A stretch of 64,000 bases of DNA from IMG/VR virus record IMGVR_UViG_2648501839_000008, one strand, 5' to 3'. The stretch's first letter is position 1; every line of letters begins with the position of its first letter. The DNA is from a virus (taxonomy: Duplodnaviria; Heunggongvirae; Uroviricota; Caudoviricetes). The notes below the pieces were generated by a model. It did no database searches. It saw only the letters and a list, made by a program, of their open reading frames with translations, and was not told the origin of the DNA. Both the position numbers and the translations under genes were made by a program. Below, one piece after another: positions 19,554 to 30,300 of the stretch.

Positions 19554-19888
19554 TATCCAACCTCCTTGCAGTCATCGAAAAGGTAGCTTTGCTGAGAAGC
19601 GTGAACGCCATAGAAGCCCTTGTATTTGTTGTATACGAAGTGGTCTTCTCCGACGCCGGTTAATTTGCCATTACGGTTTGTGAGATATGGGGATGACAAT
19701 ACTCGATCGTCACGCACAACATAGAACTGGTCGCCGCTGTCTACGACCATCGCTCCATATGGTGCTTTTATGACGTCGGTAAGAGCGCCATTCTTAACGT
19801 CGGCTACAGACATTTCACACTGATAAACAGTGGTGTCGGCCACAACGATCGAAGAAAGGAACAACAGCGCGAATGGGATGGCCTTCAT
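19553..19888 (-). CDS. Hypothetical secreted protein
   Basis: N-terminal signal peptide (MKAIPFALLFLSSIVVA); 111 aa. Confidence 0.55.
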   Translation of the reverse strand: MKAIPFALLFLSSIVVADTTVYQCEMSVADVKNGALTDVIKAPYGAMVVDSGDQFYVVRDDRVLSSPYLTNRNGKLTGVGEDHFVYNKYKGFYGVHASQQSYLFDDCKEVG

Positions 19889-20064
19889 GCTGCCACCTCT
19901 TTGATTACATCAAATGCTGAATTAAATACGAGCACGATAGCCAAAGCGTTTATGACTACGTCGTTCACCGGGGAAAAGACTTTACGAATGACACCAGTGA
20001 AAATGCAGTCGATGACAAAAGCTATTGACACGATGAGTAACAAGTATTCAATAAAAATCTTCAT
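19885..20064 (-). CDS. Small hydrophobic protein, about 59 aa (below ORF-track cutoff)
   Basis: ATG at 20064-20062 opens a hydrophobic ORF whose stop overlaps the next start (ATGA); translated by hand. Confidence 0.3.
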   Translation of the reverse strand: MKIFIEYLLLIVSIAFVIDCIFTGVIRKVFSPVNDVVINALAIVLVFNSAFDVIKEVAA

Positions 20065-20103
20065 GATAGGTAGATACTAACTTATATAAATTTTACTGTA
20101 AAC

Positions 20104-20379
20104 TCACTCAAAAGTGCTGATGCTTAAAATACGCTCAAGATGTGCGGCATCTTCATCACTGATTTGTTGAGTCTCTTCTACGTACCAACAGTTGCCGTTA
20201 TGCCAACAAACACCATCATCATCAACCATCACTGAATCAGCGTCATGACCTGTATATTCAACGAGAATACGCTGGATCAGTGCGTCAGTTTCTTCGTCGT
20301 TAAGGCCATCGGCTTTGACCATAAAAAGCGGAAACACGTCATAGACAGTGCTGGTAACGATTCGAACTAAAACTCTCAT
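20104..20379 (-). CDS. Hypothetical protein
   Basis: 91-aa acidic ORF with the conserved initiation box upstream of ATG 20379. Confidence 0.55.
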   Translation of the reverse strand: MRVLVRIVTSTVYDVFPLFMVKADGLNDEETDALIQRILVEYTGHDADSVMVDDDGVCWHNGNCWYVEETQQISDEDAAHLERILSISTFE

Positions 20380-20434
20380 GTGTTTTTCCTTTTGTGGTTA
20401 ATGTTTACTTATTTTGTTAGTTATGAATAGGCGA

Positions 20435-20860
20435 TCAATCATCTTGTTTAGGGAAAAACTGTTCAATAACTCTGTCAACGGCTGTGTCTATATGGAGTAG
20501 ATGCCACACAACCATATCTTTGCTCCCCATGCCTTGTGTGAATATCACGTCATACTTACGCCATGCGCAGTGGAACCAATATGCTGAGTCATCAATTGGT
20601 AAATCCTCTCCCGCCTCTTTGAAGTATTTCAGCAGCATTGCTTGCTCTGCCGTTGGCGTTGGACCTATTTCCTGAGCGTACATACGGATAAATCGCTGCC
20701 AGTCTGTCTCGTCGGTGGTCGGATCTGGTGGATTCATTTCGGCGATAGCGTTTCGTAGCTGATGCGCCCAATCAGGTTCAGGAAAGCCTTTTGATACTTC
20801 ATCATCAATAACATCCAGAGCCGCGTTTGCGGCATCGTAGAGTTTCTTAATAGCTGTCAT
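20435..20860 (-). CDS. Hypothetical protein
   Basis: 141-aa ORF; leader contains the AAACAATTTGTTT palindromic box. Confidence 0.55.
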   Translation of the reverse strand: MTAIKKLYDAANAALDVIDDEVSKGFPEPDWAHQLRNAIAEMNPPDPTTDETDWQRFIRMYAQEIGPTPTAEQAMLLKYFKEAGEDLPIDDSAYWFHCAWRKYDVIFTQGMGSKDMVVWHLLHIDTAVDRVIEQFFPKQDD

Positions 20861-20916
20861 ATTTTCTTAACCCTTTAAACAAATTGTTTTCTTAATAAGA
20901 TAATTGCGATAAAAAA

Positions 20917-20934
20917 GGCGTCCAACTGGACGCC
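20917..20934. terminator. Rho-independent-type terminator hairpin
   Basis: GGCGTCCA-AC-TGGACGCC preceded by an A-run (T-run on the coding strand). Confidence 0.55.
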
Positions 20935-20951
20935 TGAACTTTTAAGGGGAG

Positions 20952-21782
20952 TTATTTCACTGTAATGAAAGGAGTGTTAGCCCCTTGAGTCATGTACTGC
21001 GGTAACTGGCCATTCCATTTATTGATGGCTTCCAGCTCCATAACGTTCGGGTTTTGACGCAGAGCTTCACCGCGCAGACGAATGGCGTCGGCTTCTGCTT
21101 GCGCACGAGCACGGATAGCATCAGCTTCACCATTAGCCTGTTCACGTAGCATATTCGCCTCAGCTTTACGCTGTTCAACTTCCTGCTGACGTTGCAGAGT
21201 ACGCTGGTTAGCCGTTACTTTGGCGTTGATAGATTCAATGACGGTTTTTGGGTAATCAGGCTTTCCAACCCATGACAGGCTCAGTACCTCAATACCAACC
21301 GGAGACATCTCTTTCTGAATATCTTTCAGTGCGTTGTCCAGCAATTGCGCCTTACCACCGTCGATAAATGAGTCAGTGGTCATACGGCTGGCCAAACGGT
21401 TTAGAGAGTCGGCAATTTTCTGACGCAGATCTGATTCGGTGATATCGTCTACGCCTTTGCGATAGGTCTGGAACACCGTCGTTACCTTGTCACGATTAAC
21501 CAGATACGCAACGCCAATTTTGTGACCAATAGCAGTACCGTCACTCATCTGGAATGTGAACGGCTCGTCGTAGGTCTTCATTTGTTTGAAGGTCGGGAAT
21601 ACGTAAAGTTCGGTGTTAAGACCTGTCCATTGGCGACCAACGCCAACCACTTCACCGATCCCTTTGTCTTCACCTAATTTGTTTACTTTGATGCCAACGT
21701 ATCCAGGCTCCACGCGATCACAGCCAGTAAGACCCATTGTGCAAATAGCCGCCAGAGCAACTGCAAGTAAACCTTTCTTCAT
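20952..21782 (-). CDS. SPFH/band-7 domain lipoprotein (HflC/prohibitin-like)
   Basis: Lipobox LTGC after the signal peptide; C-terminal Ala/Glu/Arg-rich coiled-coil stretch typical of SPFH proteins. Confidence 0.7.
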   Translation of the reverse strand: MKKGLLAVALAAICTMGLTGCDRVEPGYVGIKVNKLGEDKGIGEVVGVGRQWTGLNTELYVFPTFKQMKTYDEPFTFQMSDGTAIGHKIGVAYLVNRDKVTTVFQTYRKGVDDITESDLRQKIADSLNRLASRMTTDSFIDGGKAQLLDNALKDIQKEMSPVGIEVLSLSWVGKPDYPKTVIESINAKVTANQRTLQRQQEVEQRKAEANMLREQANGEADAIRARAQAEADAIRLRGEALRQNPNVMELEAINKWNGQLPQYMTQGANTPFITVK

Positions 21783-21785
21783 TAC

Positions 21786-21986
21786 TTATTTCCCCTTTGC
21801 TTTGATTAATGAGTTGATAAACTTACGACCAGCAATAAGACCGATTACAGGAGCACCAAAACCAACGATAACTCCAAACATGACGGCTAAATCACTCTTG
21901 GTAGAAATCAGCGACGGAACCAGTAAACCGTAGATGAGAGCCACTGAAAGGCCTGTGGCTACTGCCAATAGATAGATTTTGATCAT
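21786..21986 (-). CDS. Small membrane protein, possible NfeD-like partner of the SPFH protein
   Basis: 66 aa, two predicted TM helices, directly upstream of the SPFH gene; conserved initiation box upstream. Confidence 0.55.
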   Translation of the reverse strand: MIKIYLLAVATGLSVALIYGLLVPSLISTKSDLAVMFGVIVGFGAPVIGLIAGRKFINSLIKAKGK

Positions 21987-22053
21987 GTGTTTTCCTATGT
22001 GGTTGTTATGCGAAAATAATAAGTAAGTACTTATATATTTTCAAGAGATAAAA

Positions 22054-22074
22054 AAGGCGTCCTGTGGACGCCTT
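22054..22074. terminator. Rho-independent-type terminator hairpin followed by a promoter-like element
   Basis: AAGGCGTCC-TGT-GGACGCCTT; on the coding strand it is followed by TTGAAA-17 nt-TATTAT. Confidence 0.55.
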
Positions 22075-22078
22075 GTGT

Positions 22079-23152
22079 TTACTCTTCTACTGACTCGGTG
22101 GGGTTGTCTTTTGCTCTTCGGTCGTCGATTGCCTGCAAAGCCGCAATGATTTCAGCCAGTGGCTTCTCCCGATACATCTCGACGATCTGCGATTTGGTGT
22201 ATTTCTTGTCACCAATTTCAACTCGCCCGCTGGCGTTCTTTGGCAGGTATCCTTCTTCCAGCATGTACTCGACGAGCGATTCGATAACGTCGAGGCCACG
22301 AGTAGGATCGAAGTAGAATTTCCAGGTGCATTTGCCATACGGTGGTGCAACTTTGTTTTTGATGCATTCTGCGCCTACGTCCTGGCCGATCTTCTCTTTA
22401 CCATCCTTCATCACCGATGCACCAAGACGGATACGTACAGAAGCGTAGAACTTCGGTGAATCTCCACCTGGCGACGTAGTAGGGTCGCCAAACATTACAC
22501 CGATTTTTGTGCGAACCTGATTCAAGAAGATGATGCAGGCGTTGTATTTGCGTGCCCACAAAGCCAGAGTAGGGAAGTTCGCACTTGTCGCACGAGCCAG
22601 TGCCGTATTGTCGTTCATGTTTAGCTGATCTTTGTCTTTGGCAGTGCCTTCAGCCATCTTTTCGAACTTCTCGGCTTTGGAGTTCGGAACCATAGACGCA
22701 AGTGAGTCAGCCACGATACAGATAGGTGCTGATTCAGGGATAAGCTCTTCATCACGTACCAATTTAAGTATTGTGCCGATCAACTCTACAGAGTCTTCGA
22801 AGGTGTCAGGCTGCTTGTATACCCACTGACCGTCATCCTCATCTGCGTTCAGGCCATTGGCTACAGCCAGGCCAACGTCAAAACTGTTTTCATGATCGAG
22901 GAATACCGCCAGACCATCTTGTTTTTGAGCGGAGATCATCGCTGCTGTTGCAAGGAACGTTTTCCCTGCACTTGGAGGACCGAATACTTCGACGATACGA
23001 CCACATGGGAAGCCGCCATCGTAACGACCAGAAATAGCTTTGTTTAACGGTGGAAAGCCTGTATCAATCCAATGAGTTACTTTCTGAATTTCGTCGTTGC
23101 TACCGATTTTCTTTTTCAGAGCAAGTGCCAGTGCGGATTTTCCTTTTGCCAT
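22079..23152 (-). CDS. RecA/UvsX-like recombinase
   Basis: Walker A GPPSAGKT in a RecA-fold context (GFPCGRIVEVFGPPSAGKTFLA); AAGGAG RBS. Confidence 0.8.
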   Translation of the reverse strand: MAKGKSALALALKKKIGSNDEIQKVTHWIDTGFPPLNKAISGRYDGGFPCGRIVEVFGPPSAGKTFLATAAMISAQKQDGLAVFLDHENSFDVGLAVANGLNADEDDGQWVYKQPDTFEDSVELIGTILKLVRDEELIPESAPICIVADSLASMVPNSKAEKFEKMAEGTAKDKDQLNMNDNTALARATSANFPTLALWARKYNACIIFLNQVRTKIGVMFGDPTTSPGGDSPKFYASVRIRLGASVMKDGKEKIGQDVGAECIKNKVAPPYGKCTWKFYFDPTRGLDVIESLVEYMLEEGYLPKNASGRVEIGDKKYTKSQIVEMYREKPLAEIIAALQAIDDRRAKDNPTESVEE

Positions 23153-23154
23153 GA

Positions 23155-23427
23155 TCAGGCTCCTTTTGTTTCGTTGATTCGTTTTAAAGCGGCGGATTCA
23201 TCGAATACAATCGCATCGTGGTTAAGGAGTCTGGATACACGAGCGAGGATTTTTACGACCTGCTCGCTGACTAATCCAAACTCGCGATCTGTCGCTTTCA
23301 TTCCGGCAGCGCCTAGAATTGACGGCAGTGCGATGACAGCGTACTCACCGTGATAAAAGACAATCTCTTTTGCCAGTTGGGCAGGGGTGGTTGTAGCGCC
23401 ATTGATAATCGATTTAAGCATTAGCAA
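23155..23427 (-). CDS. Hypothetical protein
   Basis: 90-aa ORF between the FEN and recombinase genes. Confidence 0.5.
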   Translation of the reverse strand: MLMLKSIINGATTTPAQLAKEIVFYHGEYAVIALPSILGAAGMKATDREFGLVSEQVVKILARVSRLLNHDAIVFDESAALKRINETKGA

Positions 23428-24416
23428 TACCTTTCGAATGGAAGAACAAACACTTCAAGGTCTTCAAGGAACGAACGGAAATTCAGCTCGTAGCACAGTT
23501 GCTCGAATGCTTTCACGTCACGATTGCCTTTGATTGTTTCGATTTCGGTAGGCGGAAACTTCGTCTCAATCAGGTTCATTAGCGTGATGTTTCTCTTGAA
23601 CGCTTCGAGCATTCGACAGCCTGTTTTCTCGTTGAAGGCATTCTTCGCTAGTTTGTTGAAGGCGGTCTTATGACGCCCTTTATTAACCACGATTGAGCCG
23701 TCGTTGATGCCGCGTACCATCGTTGCGACACTTCCCCATTCATGCAGCAGCTCTTTCGCACCGCCAGCACCAATGCCACCAACACCGCTAATGTTGTCCG
23801 AGTTATCGCCTTGTAATGCTTTTGCTTCCAAAAATGCGCGAGGCGTGGCGAATCCTGTCAGCTCCGCAAATTGCTCAAAATTAACCTGCTTGTTTTTGGC
23901 GTCTTCACGCAGGCTTACCCAGCTTACGTTTTCGCGAACTAACTGAAGCCAGTCGCTATCGCCTGTTAACAGATAGATGTGTTCAACGGTTGGCTGCGGT
24001 GCCATGCGGGATACCAGCAGCCCGGCCAGATCATCCGCTTCTGCATCTTTTGCAATGATTTGGTTAATACCAAGCGCGGTCATCATTTTGAGGATGTATG
24101 GCTTCTGGATAGCAAAGCCTTCCTTCATCTTTTTCATATCAGGATCGTCGTCGCGATTTGCTTTGTAGTCCGGGTAAAAGTCGCGACGCTTGTCACTAAA
24201 TCCATCCCAAAGAATCATAGGTCGGGCATGGAGGATGGAGGCATAACGACGGACGTTCTTAACAAAGCCGAAAGCAGCCTGTACTTCCATTTCGCCGTTG
24301 TGCAATTTGTCAGATTGTTGGTGGTAATAACCCAGGCTATTGCCATCTACGAAGAGATAATTCACCGGTACATTCCTTCCAAAAAGTAAGGCGTCCGTAG
24401 ACGCCTTACTGGTCAC
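23421..24416 (-). CDS. 5'-3' exonuclease / flap endonuclease (FEN)
   Basis: LFVDGNSLGYY, EADD, GDSDW and GVGGIG motifs. The 24416 GTG start lacks an RBS and would translate a terminator hairpin; the real start may be GTG 24365, which has GGAAGGAA upstream. Confidence 0.85.
   Translation of the reverse strand: MTSKASTDALLFGRNVPVNYLFVDGNSLGYYHQQSDKLHNGEMEVQAAFGFVKNVRRYASILHARPMILWDGFSDKRRDFYPDYKANRDDDPDMKKMKEGFAIQKPYILKMMTALGINQIIAKDAEADDLAGLLVSRMAPQPTVEHIYLLTGDSDWLQLVRENVSWVSLREDAKNKQVNFEQFAELTGFATPRAFLEAKALQGDNSDNISGVGGIGAGGAKELLHEWGSVATMVRGINDGSIVVNKGRHKTAFNKLAKNAFNEKTGCRMLEAFKRNITLMNLIETKFPPTEIETIKGNRDVKAFEQLCYELNFRSFLEDLEVFVLPFERYC
24386..24409. terminator. Hairpin between the SSB-like and FEN genes
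   Basis: GTAAGGCGTC-CGTA-GACGCCTTAC inverted repeat. Confidence 0.45.
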
Positions 24417-24425
24417 GTAATGGGA

Positions 24426-25454
24426 TTACAGAGAGTCCAGCTCTCTCAGTAGGTCATCCAGACCTTCATCTTCCGTCGCAGATGCGGTTGCTACAGATGT
24501 CGCTGCGACTGCTTCAGACTCTTTGACTGATACGGCAACGGCAGCGGAACTTGCCTCTGGTTTAAATTCAGTTTCAACGGCACGGAGGATTTCTTCATCA
24601 ACCAGACTGGTTGGTTCAGAAGCCGGTGTGTGCGCGGTTGCTACAGCCGTCGCTCCTTCTGTATGACCAGTGACAGAGCCAAATCCAGGTAGTGCCGCAG
24701 CCGATGTTTTCGCGGTTGAGGAAATTGCTGGTGCAGATGCTGCGGCAGTTGGTGCAGCGATGCCAATCAGACGACCCATAGTGCGAACTGTCGACAGAAG
24801 ACGAGTTTCATCAGCCTGATTTGCGTATGCGATCAGATCATGCTGGGTGTTCCAGAATTTATCTTCGATATCGCCTTTGTAGACTTTACGCTTAGGCGAG
24901 ACGTCATATTTGGTATCGCGACCAGAGCCAGTACGTTTAATCAGGAATGCGTAGCCTTCCTCTTTGCTCAGTGGATTGCCGATATCATCAGCGATGTCTT
25001 CGGTGATTGCTTTGCAGATATCATCGAATACAGTAGACGGCAGCTCGATTAACTGGCATTTCTCAGCATCTGCGAAATCCTCACGAGCAGAAAGAATGCC
25101 GTTGACCAGGTAGCGAGGAGTGGCACGCATTTGACCGATGCGTTCTTCCATTGCTTTGTTACCCTTGTGACGAGCGCGACCTTCCATCACCATTTCGCAT
25201 AGCTGACAAGCGCGACCGTGAGTATGTTGCTCACAAATATAAGCGTTGGTTGCTTCTTTACCTTCCTCGTTCTGATACTTAACGTAGTGCATACCGAAAG
25301 TCTGGAAGAACTTACCGTTTGGGTCGTCTTTATTCGGGAAGATGCGGATATAGTTGACGCCGTCTTTTAAACGAGTCAGATCAACGTTGTTGCCACGTTT
25401 GGCGGCAATGTCTTCACGAGTTTTGTTAAGCAAATCAAGTAATGTCTTAGACAT
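24426..25454 (-). CDS. Single-stranded DNA-binding protein (T4 gp32-like)
   Basis: Cys/His zinc-binding pattern (CEQHTHGRACQLC), Ala/Ser-rich linker and acidic C-terminal tail (EDEGLDDLLRELDSL). Confidence 0.65.
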   Translation of the reverse strand: MSKTLLDLLNKTREDIAAKRGNNVDLTRLKDGVNYIRIFPNKDDPNGKFFQTFGMHYVKYQNEEGKEATNAYICEQHTHGRACQLCEMVMEGRARHKGNKAMEERIGQMRATPRYLVNGILSAREDFADAEKCQLIELPSTVFDDICKAITEDIADDIGNPLSKEEGYAFLIKRTGSGRDTKYDVSPKRKVYKGDIEDKFWNTQHDLIAYANQADETRLLSTVRTMGRLIGIAAPTAAASAPAISSTAKTSAAALPGFGSVTGHTEGATAVATAHTPASEPTSLVDEEILRAVETEFKPEASSAAVAVSVKESEAVAATSVATASATEDEGLDDLLRELDSL

Positions 25455-25571
25455 GTGTTTCTCCTTGTTGTGATTTGGCCGATGGCGCTATGCGCGTTGG
25501 GCTTTCGTTCATTCGTGGCTCTTTCGAGCTGTTAAATGATAGATCAGTACTTACTTATTATCTATCAAAAA

Positions 25572-26003
25572 TCAACGGGGAGTAATAAAGCGTTCAGAGC
25601 CTAATCGCTCTAATTCAACGATAGCCATCTTCGACGCCTGAACGATCATGTCTCGGCGATGCGAAAAGGCGGCGACAGCATGTTTGTATATGTCTGCGAT
25701 GTGCCGTGCTTCATCCAACTTCTGCCGTTTAGACAGATACTGTGGGTTTGTTTTAACCTTAGCGTCTAGTACAGATTCGTTAAACTTAATGCCGTTCATA
25801 CTCAAGTTTTTACGCTCTGTGTCGTATAGCTTTGCTTCAACAGCTTCAAGGTTAAGTTTTGCCTCTGCGACACTTCTTTCTGCATGGGCGAGCTTTGAAC
25901 CATACTCCATCAACAGGCGAGGTTGTTTACGCCAGACGTCTTCCAGATTGTCTCTGTCAAACTCGAGATCAGACATTATTTTCTCGTAAATATCGGTGTT
26001 CAT
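25572..26003 (-). CDS. Hypothetical coiled-coil protein
   Basis: 143-aa ORF. Confidence 0.55.
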   Translation of the reverse strand: MNTDIYEKIMSDLEFDRDNLEDVWRKQPRLLMEYGSKLAHAERSVAEAKLNLEAVEAKLYDTERKNLSMNGIKFNESVLDAKVKTNPQYLSKRQKLDEARHIADIYKHAVAAFSHRRDMIVQASKMAIVELERLGSERFITPR

Positions 26004-26146
26004 ATTGATATGCTCAAACTTACTTTCGTGTATCTGATTATATCAAACAAATAGAGCTTTACTGTCATGATTGGCGGTAGACAGTATCGGCGCTAAGGTG
26101 CAGAATCAGGAGGCACACCGAGCAAAGCAAATTGAGAATAAAACCA

Positions 26147-27130
26147 ATGGATAAGGCTAACAAACAAGTCAAAGCAACAAAGTCAGTGCCGACTAAAAAA
26201 ACAGCCCTCCCCCCAAAAGCTAAGTCTGTAAAGCCAGCGGCAGAAAAGAATAAAACTGAAGGTATGACATATCCGAAAACCAGTGCGGATGGACACGCTG
26301 GAGAGTACTTGTTTGCCTATTGGATTTCTCGTTATTTCAGATGGCCTTGTCGATTGCTAGATATTGATATGGGATTGGATGCTCAGGTTGAAATATATGA
26401 AAATAATCTTTCGACAGGTTTTTTTATCGGCGTTCAGATAAAAACCACCTCACGCAAAATGAAGAGAAGGTTAAGCGTACAAATACCTTATAAAAATATA
26501 ACCTATTGGGGAAGTTGTGATTTTCCTGTGGTAATTGTTTTGATATGCCTACACGATGATAATGAATTAGACGAACCTGCTATTTATTGGAAGCATTTAG
26601 ATAAAAAAACAATTTCTAAAATAAAGGATAAAGCATTAAGAAGTGACTCTGGATGTGCTCCTGTAACTTTCAATAAGGATGATTATCTGTCTGAATGGGC
26701 AGACAAACAAAAGTGGGTCGACATGTGGCTTACAGAAGAAGATAAAGAGATAATTGAGCTTGCAAAGCGAGTAAACAAGACGTTGCTAGAGATAGGTGTT
26801 CCTCTTGATAAATTCGGAGACGAGTATGACCGCAGCACCTACCTGTGTAGCCCTGAGCGGGTAGTACCAGACTTGAACTCTATGATGAATGAATATGAAA
26901 AAATAAATAACCATATACGTGTAAAGCGTCGATTAGTAGAATTCGATCCTGTAGTGTCGATTTGTTCACAAAATTATGAAAAGTATCTACCTAAAATCCT
27001 TGAATATTTTGAAGATGTGGTCGCACGTAGTGTCGGTTCATACTCGATTGCAGAACATTTCGAACCATACAGTGATCGTAATCATATTCTGAATCGAATA
27101 ATTATAGAGAAAGCCCCTAATTCAAGATAG
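26147..27130 (+). CDS. DUF4365-like (Mrr-like PD-(D/E)xK fold) protein with uncharacterised C-terminal domain
   Basis: Plus-strand, AT-rich gene in a minus-strand backbone. GHAGEYLFAYWISRY..DIDMGLDAQVEI..GVQIKT matches the DUF4365 signature as recalled. First ATG is 26147; the track start 26132 is TTG. Confidence 0.6.
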   Translation: MDKANKQVKATKSVPTKKTALPPKAKSVKPAAEKNKTEGMTYPKTSADGHAGEYLFAYWISRYFRWPCRLLDIDMGLDAQVEIYENNLSTGFFIGVQIKTTSRKMKRRLSVQIPYKNITYWGSCDFPVVIVLICLHDDNELDEPAIYWKHLDKKTISKIKDKALRSDSGCAPVTFNKDDYLSEWADKQKWVDMWLTEEDKEIIELAKRVNKTLLEIGVPLDKFGDEYDRSTYLCSPERVVPDLNSMMNEYEKINNHIRVKRRLVEFDPVVSICSQNYEKYLPKILEYFEDVVARSVGSYSIAEHFEPYSDRNHILNRIIIEKAPNSR

Positions 27131-27136
27131 TCAAAT

Positions 27137-27164
27137 GAAAAGCTCGTCAATTGACGAGCTTTTC
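27137..27164. terminator. Bidirectional terminator hairpin between convergent genes
   Basis: GAAAAGCTCGTCAATTGACGAGCTTTTC perfect palindrome between the plus-strand gene and dnaE. Confidence 0.6.
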
Positions 27165-27303
27165 ATTAGGCGACTTTCTTACCAAAAATATTGGATAGCG
27201 TGACTCTGGTCTGGCGCTTCAGCCTGTACTGTCTCACATCGCCAATCTTGTTTACTTCCATAAACTCTTTGCTCTTTGGCCACCTTCATGGTGTTCGCTT
27301 TGT

Positions 27304-30300
27304 TCATTTGCTAATAGTCTCCGCTACCTCTGCAAGAATTGCTTCCAGCTTTTCGCCTTCCTCTAGGCGAAAGTACAAAATATTCGGGTTAAATCCGTAG
27401 AAAACAGTCACATCCAGCTCCGGCAGATACTCTTTGCGTCCAACCAGGTCGGATGGTTTGCTCTTGTTGTTGAAGAGCGATGTCGCCCGGCTGCCACACG
27501 TCAGCACATAGGTTGGACGCACCAGATTGATCTCTTCACGCATAAAGTCGGTGAACTGGCCGATCTCGTCTTTGGTGTAGTCTTTTTCTTTGTCTTTAAC
27601 CTTCTTGCAAACGCCTGTGACATAGAGATCGCCCATGCGTAAATCTCCAGCCGTCAATAGCTTGGCCTTAAAATCGTCGTATCCGTTCTCCATAAAGTAA
27701 CCGGTTCGAGCATCATTGCCGTTCGCATTGTCCAGAATGATCATGATTTTCGGCTTAATACCAATGCTGGGGCGGATTAGTTCATCACCTAAGCCCATTT
27801 CAGCCGCCATCCGTGTCATGAGCACGTTAATCTCAGCCGAACGTTTGGGGTTCATCTCAAACGGACGTGAGGCTTTAACTGCGTCTATGACAAGGTTTCC
27901 CATCAATTCAGCCTGGTCGCGTAGGCGCTCTGGATCAGTTGCTGGCAGACTACCTGGCTCGATGGATGCAAACGCCCCTACTTTTTGCAGCGATTCGCGC
28001 ACTCGACTATTACAGGCACGTTTCTCGACAGCTTCTTCGAATTGCGCCAGTGACTCGAATTTGCCGCCAACTTTTTCTCGCGCTCTCATGATGGCTTGGC
28101 AGCCATTCTCAGAACACCCCTTCACAGCAGAGAAGGGCGCATACAGCACCTGGCTGCCATCTTCAAGCGTGCGGATCTCGATTCGGTTGGATGACACGTT
28201 AACGTCTGGTGGCAATACGCGAATACCATAGGTCAGCGCATCTTTAACCAGCCCCTGGTGTTTATCTTCGCCAAGAATAGTGAGAGCAGCAGCGAAAAAC
28301 TCTGCGGGATAATGAGTTTTCAACCACATAGATTGATAACTGATCAAGGAGTAAGCAACAGAGTGTGATTTGTTGAACTGGTAGGCACCATTTTTTTCGA
28401 ATGCGGTCCAGATCTCCTTCGCTTTCATCTCTGATAGCCCTGGGTGTGACGCTGTCACGCGTACTGCGTTTATAGGTAGTTTTGCGCCGTGTTCAAGCGC
28501 CTCTTCGACAGTTTTCAGTGTTCCGTCTTCGCATTTAAAATGTTCCGCACGGTGAATGCGCTGTGTAGTGCCATCTTCCAGCTCAACGTCTATCCAGCCA
28601 GCTTGAGCCTGAACGATGAACTTCTCACCCATGCTCTTCATTTTCTCCATGTCTTTTTTGCCGATCGCTTTACGAACGCCGTCAGCTTCAGCCATTGTGA
28701 AGCCCGCAAGCAATCGAGTCGCGTTCATCGTCTGTTCCTGATAAAGAATCACGCCATTTGTTTCTGCGGTAAGTTCATCAAGAACGGGGTGTAATGATTC
28801 CGGCGTCATAAAGCCTTTGGCGACAGAAACATAATCATCCAACATGCCTGACTGAATTGGCCCCGGCCGGAAGAGCGCAGTCGTAGCAACGACCGTTTTA
28901 AAGCTCATTGGCTCAATTCCACCACCTAAATCTTTAAGCAGCTTGCGCATTGGGCCTGATTCAAGCTGGAAAACACCTTGAGTGTACCCAGCAGCAAAAC
29001 CATCCAGCACCTTGCGATCTTCAAGAGAAATGGCATCAAGATTGATATCCTCACCTGTGTTCTCTTTAATGTAGCGTTTTGCACTATCGAGCAAATCGAG
29101 AGTCGCCAGGCCAAGTACGTCCAGCTTAATTAGGCCCATAGCCTCGCAGTAACGCTTGTCAAATGCGATACAACGCGCGTCACCACGTCGTTCAACCGGT
29201 GTTCGTTCTGTCAGAGGAACACCTGCTACGATCATCCCTGCCGCATGTCTACCATAGCCACGCATAAGGCTTTGTAACTTGCAGGCTGCATTGAATGCAT
29301 CAGGATATTTTGTCGCGTATTTGTCGAGGCTTGCCAGTTGTTCGCGCAGCTCTTCCAATGGAAGGCTATCATCCTCGACGTTCTTCAGTTCTTTTGATAC
29401 CGCCATATCTGCGGACTCCACACCATAAATACGAGCGGTGTCACGTAGTGCAGAGGCCGCGCCCAGGTAGGTGAAGTTCGGAATGCCTGCAACGTAATCT
29501 TCGCCGTAGCGTTCATTCAGATACTCGATCACCTCATGGCGACGTGCCTGGCTGAAGTCCAAGTCCGCATCTGGCAAGTCGAGACGCTCAGGGTTGATGA
29601 AACGTTCAAACAGAAGACCGTGACGGATAGGGTCGACGTTGGTTATGCCTATGCACCATGCCACCAAAGAGCCAGCGGAGGAACCACGACCAGGCCCGAC
29701 AGGAATGCCAGTTTCACGGCTGTGATTCATCAGATCGCGTACCATCAGGAAGTAACCACAAAATCCCAGGCGAGTAAGCGTGTCCATTTCGTACTTAAGT
29801 CGCTCAACATAAACCCTGTTCTCAGAAGCCGGTGGTGTGTAGCCAAACTCTTTTGTGGTAAGACGTTTACGCAGCCCAGCAACGGCCAGTTTCATCAGCG
29901 TTGCAGGCTCGTCGTCTGCCATCTTTGGCAGTGCTGGTGGCAATTCATGCCAGCGCCATGTGCAGGCATCGATAATGGTATCCTGCGTTGTTGAGGCCAT
30001 TGCAGCTGTTACCGGCACATCCATGCGAACGGAGAAGGCTTTCAGCGCCTCAAGGAGATGGCGGCGACCATTGACGGCGTTATCTCGCTGGTGGGGGATA
30101 CGCAGACGATGCGGCTGGTCGATTTTGATGTTGTTCGTAACCATGTGCGCAATGTCTTTAATGTCTGCATCGTCGATCGATTCGTAATAAGCGGGATAGA
30201 ACGCTACTGGCTCTATTTTCAGTGCGCTGGCGACTTTCATCGCCCGGACGTTAATCTGGTCGTAGAATGGGGTAGGGTGCGGATAAACCACACTATAGAA

